A stretch of 64,000 nucleotides of DNA from Opitutales bacterium (GTDB taxonomy: Bacteria > Verrucomicrobiota > Verrucomicrobiia > Opitutales > JABSRG01), in the NCBI GenBank assembly GCA_049599475.1, contig JBMYOQ010000011.1, positions 1 to 64,000 on the forward strand, written 5' to 3'. The translations under genes were made by a program, and so were the position numbers. The notes under the pieces were generated by a model. That model searched no databases and had not been told where the DNA came from. It was given only the letters and a program-made list of their open reading frames with translations. How positions within the stretch are numbered: position 1 is the first letter of the stretch; the number at the start of each line of letters is the position of its first letter. Of this stretch, positions 1 to 9,340 are shown in pieces.

Positions 1-51
1 GGTGCACTTTGACCCGCAAACGAGTGGTGCACTTTAACCCGCAAAATGACA
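1..51. mobile_element. Probable terminal end of an IS21-family insertion sequence (body lies outside the window)
   Basis: Two 20-bp direct repeats GGTGCACTTT(G/A)ACCCGCAAA at 1-20 and 26-45 (1 mismatch), ending in ATGACA at 46-51 (reverse complement starts TGTCA). Tandem subterminal repeats plus TG...CA termini are typical of IS21 ends. Confidence 0.6.
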
Positions 52-3000
52 AAATAACTGATCCCGGCGCAGACTTTGATGGAGATGGTATCAGTAATTC
101 AGAGGAATTGGCTGCAAATACCAATATGTATGATATCTCGAATTCGACTAGTGTGCTCTCGGTATCAGCAGATATTCAAGCAGTCTGTTGCGAAGGCGGA
201 GGTCTTGGTGGGGCGGACAAAAGAGTCTATCTTGCAAAAGTAGCCTTCCCAGACCGATTCGAGTCCATGGAAGAGGGCGAGACGATGGAGGAAGCGCCTT
301 GGGACGTTTACCTGATGGGAGATCCTTCTTGGGGGTATCGCTTTGCTAGTGCAGGTCGCGTCGTCCTGGGCGGATGGGTACGTCAAGATCTCGTCGAGTA
401 TGAAGGTTTCGGTGACGAACGTTTCGAATACATTGAAGGCGCGTCTGGAACTCCAGTGTTCGTGACTTGGGATCTGCCTAGCTATCCTGGCGGTTCAGTC
501 GAAGAATTGCTCACCTTGCTCACACCTGAAAGTGCGCTGAGCGAGCCCGAGAAATTCTTGTCTCCAATCAATCTCCGAGAGTTTGCGAACAACTTGGTGA
601 GAGACGAAAACGGAAATGTCCTCATCCAGGTAAACATATATTCATCCAATCCATGTAGCACATCTTTTGCATCCGCTGCGCCCCCACCGACAAGACCGGG
701 TATCGGCGAAGGTGAAGCCTATTACGATGAAATCTCAGTAGATTTGGATGGCGGGCAAACCTACGATGTAGAAAGAGGAAAATCAGGTCCTGAAACGGAG
801 GTCACACCTGAACCCCCAGCATCGACAGGGGATAGTGAAGGTGGTAGCAGGTTGGATATCTGTTCCAGCTGGATTGCCTATTCGCCGATGTATATCGTGC
901 CCGTTAAGAATTTCGAAACAGTAAATACGGGCGACATCGATTTCGATGGCGTGCCCAACTACGCTGATGGTATTGAAGAATTCGCGGGGCAATATGGAGA
1001 TATATCCGATCCCGAATCAGGACCAGAAGGTGGCATCTATATCCTGCACGAAATCCACCTCCCCGAAGGGCTCGGTAACCTAGATGAGATTTTGATCCGC
1101 TTGGACTACGTAGCAGCGGATCCAAGCAACATTACGGTAAACTCAGTAGGCGAAGACTCTTATCAATTCTCCTTCGGAAGCACGGGTAACAATCGCATAT
1201 GGCTCAAGGATGGAGACACACCACGGAGTAAAGAGCCCATCGATGAGCTAGGTGATTTTGTGCCAGCGGGTGAATACATACCGCTCAGTGATTTCGGAGA
1301 GGCTTACAATCCAGCTACACGTACCCTAAACGTGTTCGCCGAAAGTCTACGAACATCACCTGCTGGTAGTTTCGAAGCGCTCGCAGTTAGCTACCAAACC
1401 ACCTCAACGGTAGCCCCCGAATACATAAATCAGCCATCGATAATCCCAGTTTCGTATTTGGCGACTCATTATAACCTTCCGAATGCAGACTTGGTCGAAC
1501 GCGACCCTGACGATGGAGAGATTATCTCAAGTGGCGGTTTGTATTATGATTCGAATCCGATTCCCAATATTGATCTCACTTTAGACAGCGCTGAGATCAA
1601 CGATGATGGAAATCTAGTAGTCACTGTTACAGGACAGTTTAGCGACCGCCTGTCTGAATTAATCGATGAGTCTGATTACCGCGTTCAGGACGTAACGATC
1701 AGCTGCAATGGAGAAGATCTAGAAACGATTACGATGAATTACGGCGGTGCTGGTGTTATGCCTTGGCAGCCACATACCTCTGATAATGATTTTACGCGAA
1801 CCTTTACAGTTGAGAATCCTGGCCCACAGACATACACGATTCGAGCTGAAACAGGACAAAACGCAGTGGGTAACGTAGGCTGGGACTCTGTGTCGATTGG
1901 TCTGCAGAATGTGGAGATTGTAAACTCAACACCAGCGCCGAGTGCTGACGTCAGCATTGTCTTCAACCAGAAGTTAAACGCTCAAACAATTGAAACTGCA
2001 CAGGTATATTTTGGTGACCGCGAAGTTTTGCCGACAGATCCAATTGTTACCGAAAGTGCTGCTGGTTCCTATTCGTTCGAAGGCTCGATTTTGGTCAATG
2101 GGGAGTTGAGGCCTTGCAGTTTTCAGATCTTCAAAAATTCAGAATTTAGCGACACCGGAGTCGATAACTTTTCAACAGAGTTCAAATACACTGTTTCAAG
2201 TGGTGGTGTTACGACTGTCTTGGAAGCTCGTGGTCATTGGGAAGAGAGTTCACCGTCGAGCCTGCGCTTCTATCCTGTAGAGTTCTACCATGAAGAGATT
2301 TTTTATGATCTCGTGATCTCGCATACACTCGAGCTAGAGGGATCTCCTGAAGGCAGTGTTGTGCCGATGGTTTGGCGCTCAGGAATCTCCGGGAATGAAT
2401 TAATCGAGGATGAAGATTCGATGGTTTTTGTCGGAGATACACGTCAAACTTTGGCTCCATTTACCTATAGTCCGACTTATCAATATATTGTTGATGATTC
2501 ACGAAGAGGTAGGCCCAAGATCTTTGTCGTCACAGCTGAAGAATTACCCGCTGATCTCGATTATTTAACACCGTCGGATATAACTTCAGATGGGCAGCTA
2601 AGCTTCTCCTTGAAACGCGATGCGGAAGACAAAGCGTTCTCCTCAATAGATGTCAGTATCCTTGAAAGCGATTTTGGCACTTGGGAGCCAGAAGGAGATG
2701 ACTATGATGGTGCAGTTACAATGCCTGTGCTCCTGACTTATTTTGAGCTACTCTATGGTGAGCCTGGATTAGAATTACTCAGTTATTTTCAGCAGGCCAA
2801 TGGGGAAATTATCCTTGATGACTTTGCGGACAACTGTGACCTAGATTACTGGGGTGTCGAACGTCCTCGAATCGAAATTGAAGAAGACAAAGACCCCATC
2901 TGGGCCGCGAATTGTTTGATGGAAAAATTACGTCAGTCGATGGCGTATTATGATATACGCAAAGTGATCCTAGAGAATGGTGACCTGGCCTTGTTGAGCC

Positions 3001-3707
3001 AAGCAATCCAGCAACAAGCGCAGGGGGCAGCGGAGGTGGGCCTGGCCGCCGCCAATGTTTATTTGGCTGGACTGAGCTTGGTAAACGAAGGGACTGACTG
3101 GGTAGTCACTATAAACGAGTTAGCTCAAGGTGAATACACCGCAGCTATTGGGTTTATCCCATTCATTCCGGCAGGAGCGCGTTTTGTAATACAGCGTGCT
3201 GATGGAACTGTGGTTCAGTCGTTTTCATCAGAAGTTGTTGATCAGATCCGTAATGCGTTAAGGGTTTTGGGTAAGGATCGTGCGCGATCACGACTAGATC
3301 GTATGGATGCTCTGAGTGATCTATTGGATCAAAATATTATCACCCGAGGTCATCTTGAGGCGTTCTATGATAGTGGTTTGATTAAAGTCTCAGAAGGACG
3401 GAGTCGTGCGTTACTTAGAGAGTTACTATCGCCAAAACCATCAGGCATGAGAAATCCACGTGCACACCATGATTTACCACTTGAATTTGAGCGTGAATTT
3501 ATCTCGGCAGGCCTAGATCCCAATAATTACGGAAGGTGGGTGCCAAATGCTCTGCACAGAGAATGGCATCGAGGCGCTGGTGGTGGTTTCTTTAACGATG
3601 AATGGGAGGAGTTTCTCTTTAATGGAGGAGTCTCTATGCAGAGATCTAAAGCAGAGATTTTAGACTTTCTTGATTATATGAGAAATACTTACAGATTAGA
3701 TGACTAA
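9..3707 (+). CDS. Large polymorphic toxin, probably 5'-truncated, with a C-terminal HH-type nuclease-like tip (DUF2380/AHH-like)
   Basis: 1232-aa acidic, beta-rich-looking body with DxDxDG motifs (DFDGDGISNSEE, DIDFDGVPNYADG). Hydrophobic pretoxin-like segment (AAIGFIPFIPAG). C-terminus AHHDLP...F...G.D.NNYG...H..WH.G.GGG.FN.EW..F. The frame is open to the window edge and the first ~14 codons overlap the IS-like end. Confidence 0.7.
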   Translation: MTRKRVVHFNPQNDKITDPGADFDGDGISNSEELAANTNMYDISNSTSVLSVSADIQAVCCEGGGLGGADKRVYLAKVAFPDRFESMEEGETMEEAPWDVYLMGDPSWGYRFASAGRVVLGGWVRQDLVEYEGFGDERFEYIEGASGTPVFVTWDLPSYPGGSVEELLTLLTPESALSEPEKFLSPINLREFANNLVRDENGNVLIQVNIYSSNPCSTSFASAAPPPTRPGIGEGEAYYDEISVDLDGGQTYDVERGKSGPETEVTPEPPASTGDSEGGSRLDICSSWIAYSPMYIVPVKNFETVNTGDIDFDGVPNYADGIEEFAGQYGDISDPESGPEGGIYILHEIHLPEGLGNLDEILIRLDYVAADPSNITVNSVGEDSYQFSFGSTGNNRIWLKDGDTPRSKEPIDELGDFVPAGEYIPLSDFGEAYNPATRTLNVFAESLRTSPAGSFEALAVSYQTTSTVAPEYINQPSIIPVSYLATHYNLPNADLVERDPDDGEIISSGGLYYDSNPIPNIDLTLDSAEINDDGNLVVTVTGQFSDRLSELIDESDYRVQDVTISCNGEDLETITMNYGGAGVMPWQPHTSDNDFTRTFTVENPGPQTYTIRAETGQNAVGNVGWDSVSIGLQNVEIVNSTPAPSADVSIVFNQKLNAQTIETAQVYFGDREVLPTDPIVTESAAGSYSFEGSILVNGELRPCSFQIFKNSEFSDTGVDNFSTEFKYTVSSGGVTTVLEARGHWEESSPSSLRFYPVEFYHEEIFYDLVISHTLELEGSPEGSVVPMVWRSGISGNELIEDEDSMVFVGDTRQTLAPFTYSPTYQYIVDDSRRGRPKIFVVTAEELPADLDYLTPSDITSDGQLSFSLKRDAEDKAFSSIDVSILESDFGTWEPEGDDYDGAVTMPVLLTYFELLYGEPGLELLSYFQQANGEIILDDFADNCDLDYWGVERPRIEIEEDKDPIWAANCLMEKLRQSMAYYDIRKVILENGDLALLSQAIQQQAQGAAEVGLAAANVYLAGLSLVNEGTDWVVTINELAQGEYTAAIGFIPFIPAGARFVIQRADGTVVQSFSSEVVDQIRNALRVLGKDRARSRLDRMDALSDLLDQNIITRGHLEAFYDSGLIKVSEGRSRALLRELLSPKPSGMRNPRAHHDLPLEFEREFISAGLDPNNYGRWVPNALHREWHRGAGGGFFNDEWEEFLFNGGVSMQRSKAEILDFLDYMRNTYRLDD

Positions 3708-3709
3708 AT

Positions 3710-4417
3710 ATGGACGAAAATCGACCAACACTCTTTCGTTTTGATTCCGCGAATAACAGAGGAAGCCCTGTTATCGAGCATGTAAAAACACTCGACCCTA
3801 AGCTCTCAAATTTAGACTCCATTGAAGAGGGTCTAGAGGTAGAAAACCTGTTTCATTTGATTGAATCACCGCAAATAACGATAGGTGAAACTGGCACCGA
3901 ATGGACTGACATTATTGGAGGTAGACATCATGATTTGGTCCCATTCATCTTGAAAGAAAATGTCGTAGATTGTTTGCTGAAAAATAACTGTTCGGGATTT
4001 GAGGCTTCCGAAATTGAAATTATTGAAGTTCATAGCAAGAAGCTCCGGAAGATTAACCGACCGCGATATTTTTATCTGAAGATCAAGGGTGCCTTGGCTT
4101 TAGAAACCAAAATTTACGGAGAAACTGATAGGTTTGGAAGATCCGATTATACGAGGTCTGTACCAGTGAATGTTAGCAATTTGAATGAGGATCTTATGAG
4201 AGGTGAGGGTAAGTCATCACTCAGAATGTGTAGTTATAAGATCATTCAATTAGCGCATCAGAATAAATGGAGTAATTTTTCTTTTGAACCTCTAGATTCT
4301 GTGAAAGCGAAAGTTTCAATGAGAAAGGCGCGTCCAGTAATAGACTATCTTTCAAAACGTTTTCCTCCAAAAGTTTGGTATCCTGAATACCATTATGAAA
4401 TCATTAATAACCAGTAA
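3710..4417 (+). CDS. Putative immunity protein for the upstream toxin (Imm11/DUF1629-like by eye)
   Basis: Starts 2 nt after the toxin stop; visibly AT-rich; 235 aa with no signal peptide. Confidence 0.6.
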   Translation: MDENRPTLFRFDSANNRGSPVIEHVKTLDPKLSNLDSIEEGLEVENLFHLIESPQITIGETGTEWTDIIGGRHHDLVPFILKENVVDCLLKNNCSGFEASEIEIIEVHSKKLRKINRPRYFYLKIKGALALETKIYGETDRFGRSDYTRSVPVNVSNLNEDLMRGEGKSSLRMCSYKIIQLAHQNKWSNFSFEPLDSVKAKVSMRKARPVIDYLSKRFPPKVWYPEYHYEIINNQ

Positions 4418-4674
4418 TGCTGCAACTTGTCTGCCCCGGGGGACGCGAAAGATGACGTGGGGAGAGTTGTCAGTAGCGAGTGGATCGCTTGATCTGACAG
4501 ATGATGAAAACAGGTTATCTAAATACGCTGTGTCGTTACGCTTGACAGGGCGATATTGTATTCTCTCGTGATCCAATAACGAGAGAATATGGAGAGCGCC
4601 GTGTTCTAGACACCTTCACGACACATCCAGAGCGCCTCTATCATATCACGTTATCTTCAGGCGGTGATGGTTCT

Positions 4675-5595
4675 TTGCTGGATGCTGAGTTCCAGCTTTC
4701 TGCAACCGGAGAACACCCATTCTACGTTCTAGAAAAAGAAGATTTCATACCCGTTGACGAATTAGAGATAGGCTTCACCGTGAGCCTGGCGGACGGTAAT
4801 ACCGCTCATATTCGAGACATTCAAACGGAAGAAGCACCCGATGGGGAAACCTTCACCACCTACAATTTTGAAGTAGATGACTTCCATACTTACTTTGCAG
4901 GAGAGCCAGGGGTTTGGGTCCATAATACGGGCAAGAGTCCATGTGATGAGGTATTTAGTTACTTTAGACAAATACTAGATAATGATGCAGCTTTCTACGG
5001 CAAGCCGTGGGGGGCGTTTGCAAATACTGCAGAGAATATGGGCGCAGGTCGTAATAAGGCCATCTTTGGATGGGCTGCTGATGAGGTGATGAGGAAAGAC
5101 CTTAAGGATCTTCCTTTAGCTGATAGAATTGCTCAGTGGCCTAGCCATACTCAGGTAAAGGAAACCATGAGTAACATTCCTGGCGTCAATGCTACGACTG
5201 ACCTGAATGGTGTCGTCAATTACGGTAAGATAGACGTCCCTGATTGGGTGATACAAGATAGAGTTGATCTTGCGCAGGTTAAAGCATTCACATTGGAGTC
5301 ACATCATGGGGTGCCTAAGAAAATCCAAGAGTGGTTAGGTGTAACTAAAGATCGTGACAGTGTTCCTGCTTATCTTACAACTATGCTGGAGCACCGAGGC
5401 GCTGAATATGGAATCCATCAACGTCTTTCTAAAAAACTTGGAGAGAAGATTGGTGTAGACCGAGTTCCACTTAATCGTGATAGGCCGGCAGGGCTTGAAG
5501 ATGATGATATAATTGATGCAATGAGAGAGGTATATGAAGAGGCGGGCTTAAGCCATTTTTGGCAAGTGTGCGATAACTGGCTAACAACTCCGTAG
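4675..5595 (+). CDS. Orphan toxin module: N-terminally incomplete pretoxin Hint domain plus HH-motif nuclease-like tip
   Basis: Hint motifs TGEHPFYV and TYNFEVDDFHTYFAG...VWVHN (HN at 4921-4926). In-frame Hint-like sequence GDIVFSRDP starts at ~4549, right after a TGA (4543-4545), with no start codon or N-terminal Cys. The tip contains LESHHGVP...PAYLTTMLEHRG...IH. Confidence 0.75.
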   Translation: MLDAEFQLSATGEHPFYVLEKEDFIPVDELEIGFTVSLADGNTAHIRDIQTEEAPDGETFTTYNFEVDDFHTYFAGEPGVWVHNTGKSPCDEVFSYFRQILDNDAAFYGKPWGAFANTAENMGAGRNKAIFGWAADEVMRKDLKDLPLADRIAQWPSHTQVKETMSNIPGVNATTDLNGVVNYGKIDVPDWVIQDRVDLAQVKAFTLESHHGVPKKIQEWLGVTKDRDSVPAYLTTMLEHRGAEYGIHQRLSKKLGEKIGVDRVPLNRDRPAGLEDDDIIDAMREVYEEAGLSHFWQVCDNWLTTP

Positions 5596-5599
5596 GCTT

Positions 5600-6517
5600 A
5601 TGACTAAACAATCGACCCGTACGATAAAAATACCGCGCCCATTTTCTGATGAAGAGGTTGAGGTTTTAGGCAAAGATCCAGAGTCTAGGGTTTTATCGTC
5701 TGCTTATGATGCGATCGCTAGTAAGTTTCCGAATTACGTGAAATCGGGGCGAATTGAGCTTAAGAGATCCATTGCAGATAGTGCCTTAGTAGAGTTCTTA
5801 GATTTTGCCAGAAGTGTAGGGGCGAGAATCCCCAAGGATAGATCTCAGAATCATGGGCAATTGAGTATTTTTGATTTAGTCTATCCTAGCTCAAAGGAAA
5901 TTGATTCCTCTGTTTTTGTGACATCTCAGCTGCTCTCTAGTCAGTATATGAGCCTTAATGGAGGGCCGGAGACAAAGGGTCTTGGGGTTTTTTGTGAGAT
6001 TGATGCCGACCTTGAAAAAGACGCAGACCGTGAATTTGGATCCGTCCCGAATCTAGGGCATTTGATTGCAGTTCGAGGTAAGACTAGGCAGAAAATCTTG
6101 AATGCAGGTCTAAGAGGTTTAAAACTAATTGAGATTCCAACTAATACGCCTGATGGAAAATGGCCTGATGATATTGAGCCGTTGAGCGTGATATGGAGTG
6201 ATGAAAAACTTCCACCTGTTCAAAATCACCTTTTTGATAACAAAAAGAATATCTTTTCTTCCGAAGAGATCGATTTTGATAATATCAAAACCCAATTGTA
6301 TTTGATTGATGGTTACAGAATGAATGGGAGACTCTTTTATACAGGACTTCCTGAAGAGTCTTTCGATGTAGCGATTACTCATGAAATTTTAGGGGGAGTG
6401 AAGCCTTGTTATCATCAGCCTTTGTATAGCAAAAAAGCAATTAAAGTGCTCCGGGAGCAAGGAATGGACCTTGAATGTTTGCCTGTAATATCAACTACAC
6501 AGTCTACGTGCACATAG
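5600..6517 (+). CDS. Putative immunity protein for the orphan toxin
   Basis: Starts 4 nt after the toxin stop; AT-rich; 305 aa, no recognisable enzyme motif. Confidence 0.55.
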   Translation: MTKQSTRTIKIPRPFSDEEVEVLGKDPESRVLSSAYDAIASKFPNYVKSGRIELKRSIADSALVEFLDFARSVGARIPKDRSQNHGQLSIFDLVYPSSKEIDSSVFVTSQLLSSQYMSLNGGPETKGLGVFCEIDADLEKDADREFGSVPNLGHLIAVRGKTRQKILNAGLRGLKLIEIPTNTPDGKWPDDIEPLSVIWSDEKLPPVQNHLFDNKKNIFSSEEIDFDNIKTQLYLIDGYRMNGRLFYTGLPEESFDVAITHEILGGVKPCYHQPLYSKKAIKVLREQGMDLECLPVISTTQSTCT

Positions 6518-6646
6518 GCTGCCAGCGGAGCTGATCATCCTATCTGCTATCTTCGCTGCGTCACACGCGGCACGGTTATCTAAATACACCGGTTATCACC
6601 GATCTCTTGACAAAAGTCGCTAAAATCCCGCTTCTAGTTTCGTAGA

Positions 6647-7660
6647 ATGGGCTACCACCGAAGAACTAGGATCCGAGAGAGGCATCTGATGAGGAACGAG
6701 AGCTGTGTTTACCATGTGGTGAATAGGGTGGCATTGGGTAGTATGGTATTGGATGAAGGAGCGAAGGGAATGTTTGTGCAGATGATGCGTAGGCAGGCAG
6801 GTTTTGCTGGGGTGGAGGTGATGGCGTTTTGTGTGATGACGAATCATTTTCATCTGTTGGTTCGGGTTCCTGAGCCTTGTGAAATCTCAGATGAGGAGCT
6901 TTTGAGGCGGTATCGGATCCTTTATGGGAAGCATTGTCCGCAGTCTATGCTGCAACCCGATTACCTGGAGCAGATGTTGGCTGAGGGAGATGAAGATGTC
7001 GAGGAGTGGCGTAAGCGTATTGTTGCTCGAATGCATGACCTGAGTGCCTTTGTAGGCGAGCTGAAGCATCGCTTTTCTATTTGGTTTAATGACCATCGTC
7101 ATAATAAGGGGACGGTGTGGTCTGAGCGTTTTAGGAACATTATTGTTGAGGATTTACCTGAATATACCGCTCCGGTGGCAGCTTACATTGATTTGAATCC
7201 TGTGCGTGCTCAAATGGTGGATGATCCCGGTGAATATGCTTACAGCAGCTATGGCTCTGCCATGAAGGGGAGCCGCTCTGCCCAGTACGGGTTACGGTCT
7301 TTATGTTCCGGAAAACGCACCTGGAAGGTGGCCTTGGAGTCCTATCGTGTTCTGTTGTTCGGAAAGGGATACGAATCTAAAGGAACGCCTCATAAGGATA
7401 AAGGCATGATCGATCCTGATCGTGCGTATCAAGTCATCCAGGACGGAGGTCGTTTGTCCTGGGCGGAATATCTGCGCATGCGCGTCGGTTACTTTGCGCG
7501 AGGAGGTGCGCTGGGGTCCTCGGAATTTGTCAGGACCTTGAAGGGTAGTAATTCGCCGCCAGACCCTGATGCGGTCAGTCCAGGCGGTGCCCGAGTGAAA
7601 GGCTTGGCTGAGAAAGTCTACAGCTTCCGAAATCTGCAGACTGAGGTCTTTGGGAAATAA
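6647..7660 (+). CDS. Y1 HUH transposase, REP-associated tyrosine transposase (RAYT)/IS200-like superfamily
   Basis: YHVVNR, AFCVMTNHFHLLV (HUH), GTVWSERF, YIDLNPVRA (catalytic Tyr), Y.YSSY motifs. Confidence 0.85.
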   Translation: MGYHRRTRIRERHLMRNESCVYHVVNRVALGSMVLDEGAKGMFVQMMRRQAGFAGVEVMAFCVMTNHFHLLVRVPEPCEISDEELLRRYRILYGKHCPQSMLQPDYLEQMLAEGDEDVEEWRKRIVARMHDLSAFVGELKHRFSIWFNDHRHNKGTVWSERFRNIIVEDLPEYTAPVAAYIDLNPVRAQMVDDPGEYAYSSYGSAMKGSRSAQYGLRSLCSGKRTWKVALESYRVLLFGKGYESKGTPHKDKGMIDPDRAYQVIQDGGRLSWAEYLRMRVGYFARGGALGSSEFVRTLKGSNSPPDPDAVSPGGARVKGLAEKVYSFRNLQTEVFGK

Positions 7661-8240
7661 TCGGAATCGTCTCTATTTTGAGGCGGTCGGTGGTTGAGCA
7701 TCTAAGGTGAGCATGGCTTTAGGCAGTGCCGGTTCGACAAGCGCGAGAAGTTACCGTCGCTTCGAAGGCACCGGTTAGACTTTCACCTGCTATATAACCT
7801 GCGGTGATGGCTCGTGTGAAGCGTGCTGCTCTGTTTTCATTTTTTTTGAAAACAGGGAGGTCTCTCGCGTCTCTATAACATGGCGAGAATTGTTAGAATG
7901 AAGGATCCCGGATGTGCCTGTTATTTGGCCGACAGGGTGAATTCTTGGAGTAGGAAAGTTATTATACGCTGAGCACCGCGTGTCTTGAAATGATACCTCA
8001 GAGACGATCTGAGCACCCCCTGTATGACGTTGTTACGCGTGTGGTGAGCGCAAATGGAGTCAGTGGGGATCCGGCCTGAGCTCGGGTCTGGTAGGTTTTT
8101 TACGTAAAATTGAAATAATATTATCAAAAATCCCCACGTTTTTCGACCTTCGAGACGAATTTATAGCTTATTCCACAACACATGAACCGCAGACCCTTTT
8201 GAACAGTCCCTCATAAGAAACCCTTGAGCAAATATTGAAG

Positions 8241-8714
8241 ATGCAAGTATACAAGCACGAGCTGATAAAAGTACCCTATACGAGAATACATGTCTGCGTT
8301 TTTCTAATCACGTTATGCATGCTAGCTCTCGGTATTGCAGGGGTGCTTTTTGCCTGTGTTTCGCTGTTCACCCAATCATTCTTCATCCATAGTTTGTTAA
8401 TACCCTGCCTGCCTTTCTCGATTTGGCTCATTAAGACCGGGCGCAAGCATTGGTATTTTGAGGAAATTGATGCGGCCTCGAATCGCATGGGAGATGCCTA
8501 TACCTTTAAGTTACAAGAAGAACGGTCTTCCATAGAGACTTTGCTGCATACGCTCAAAACAGCTGAGTTGACTCTGGAAGAGCGCGTAGAAATTCGTCAG
8601 GAGCTTAAGGCGCTGATACTTTCACTCGAAGCCCAGGAAGGCTTAGAGTCTGTCGTCCATTATTGGCAGAAGATTCCTTACCTGGAGCCGGTAAGAGAAG
8701 AGATGTCGGATTGA
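8241..8714 (+). CDS. Hypothetical membrane protein (two predicted TM helices plus helical tail)
   Basis: Hydrophobic segments VCVFLITLCMLALGIAGVLFACVSLF and FFIHSLLIPCLPFSIWLI; ATG at 8241. Confidence 0.5.
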   Translation: MQVYKHELIKVPYTRIHVCVFLITLCMLALGIAGVLFACVSLFTQSFFIHSLLIPCLPFSIWLIKTGRKHWYFEEIDAASNRMGDAYTFKLQEERSSIETLLHTLKTAELTLEERVEIRQELKALILSLEAQEGLESVVHYWQKIPYLEPVREEMSD

Positions 8715-8796
8715 TCTCATTGGCGCCCCGCTATAGGCAAAGGCATGCCTGGACTAGCCGCTCGGCGCAATGTTGGTTGCAATGCTCTATGAATCC

Positions 8797-9243
8797 TTAC
8801 CGACTGTGGACCTGTGGAATGAGGTGGCCGGTTAGGGTGAGGCCTCCTGAGGAGACACCTTTGCAAGTGACTAATCGGTTTGTGATATGGCGAAGTTGCT
8901 CGACGGGGCCTTGGACCAGCACGACCTCCATAATGTAATCGCCCTCGAGCAAAACGCGTTGGGAGCTGATGACTTCCTCGATGTGCTCCCGTTGAATTTT
9001 AGAGATTTTAGCCAGCAAGCCCTGCTTCGCGGTGTCATAGACAAGGGTGATGGTGCCTGCGAGTACGGCGTTGGGGTCCTTGCTGCGCTCGTCTACCAAG
9101 CTCTCGCGAATCAGGTCGGCGACGGCTTGAGAGCGGTTGTGGAATCCCCGTTCCTCGATCATCGCGTCGAGTTTGTCTACGAGCGTGCTGGGAATCGAAA
9201 GGCTTACGCGGCGTGCGCCGTTGTTCTGCTCATTATTGCTCAT
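8797..9243 (-). CDS. NikR-family ribbon-helix-helix/ACT transcriptional regulator lacking nickel ligands
   Basis: RHH motif RVSLSIP...[22 protein letters not shown] plus NikR C-terminal domain (GTITLVYD...MEVVLVQG); divergent from the ABC/uca operon. Confidence 0.85.
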   Translation of the reverse strand: MSNNEQNNGARRVSLSIPSTLVDKLDAMIEERGFHNRSQAVADLIRESLVDERSKDPNAVLAGTITLVYDTAKQGLLAKISKIQREHIEEVISSQRVLLEGDYIMEVVLVQGPVEQLRHITNRLVTCKGVSSGGLTLTGHLIPQVHSR

Positions 9244-9274
9244 GGGTGCATCTTTTTTTCTTTATCTGTATAAA

Positions 9275-9302
9275 GTAATACTTTTAAGTCAAAAGGTAAT
9301 AC
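9275..9302. promoter_or_regulatory. Putative operator for the NikR-like regulator: GTAATAC-N14-GTAATAC (third inverted copy GTATTAC at 9410-9416)
   Basis: GTAATAC at 9275-9281 and 9296-9302 (21-bp period). The near-palindromic half-sites resemble NikR/RHH boxes. Confidence 0.55.
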
Positions 9303-9324
9303 GATTCTGTGTGAGCCGAACGGG

Positions 9325-9340
9325 TGGCACAAAACGTGCG
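9325..9340 (+). promoter_or_regulatory. Sigma54 (-24/-12) promoter of the ABC-uca operon
   Basis: TGGCAC-AAAAC-GTGCG with exact GG-N10-GC spacing, ~78 nt upstream of ATG 9418. Confidence 0.65.

Noticed and set aside
1..51. CRISPR repeat pair
   Set aside because: Only two 20-bp units with a 5-bp gap and no cas genes; the layout fits an IS end better.
4400..4526. Integron attC site after the first immunity gene (ATAACC...GGTTAT)
   Set aside because: Complementarity does not extend into convincing L boxes, the second spacer lacks a matching AAC arm, and no integrase is present in the window.
4505..4526. dif/pdif site (TTATCTAAAT resembles a XerD arm)
   Set aside because: The arm is imperfect and there is no XerC-like arm at 6-bp spacing in either copy.
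6607..6640. Sigma70 promoter from the perfect TTGACA before the transposase
   Set aside because: No -10 hexamer at 16-18 bp spacing; TAAAAT is only 8 bp away.
7661..8234. ncRNA or gene in the 570-bp spacer after the transposase
   Set aside because: Only a short palindrome (CTGTTTTC...GAAAACAG, ~7831-7855) and a weak 68-aa ORF; nothing supportable.
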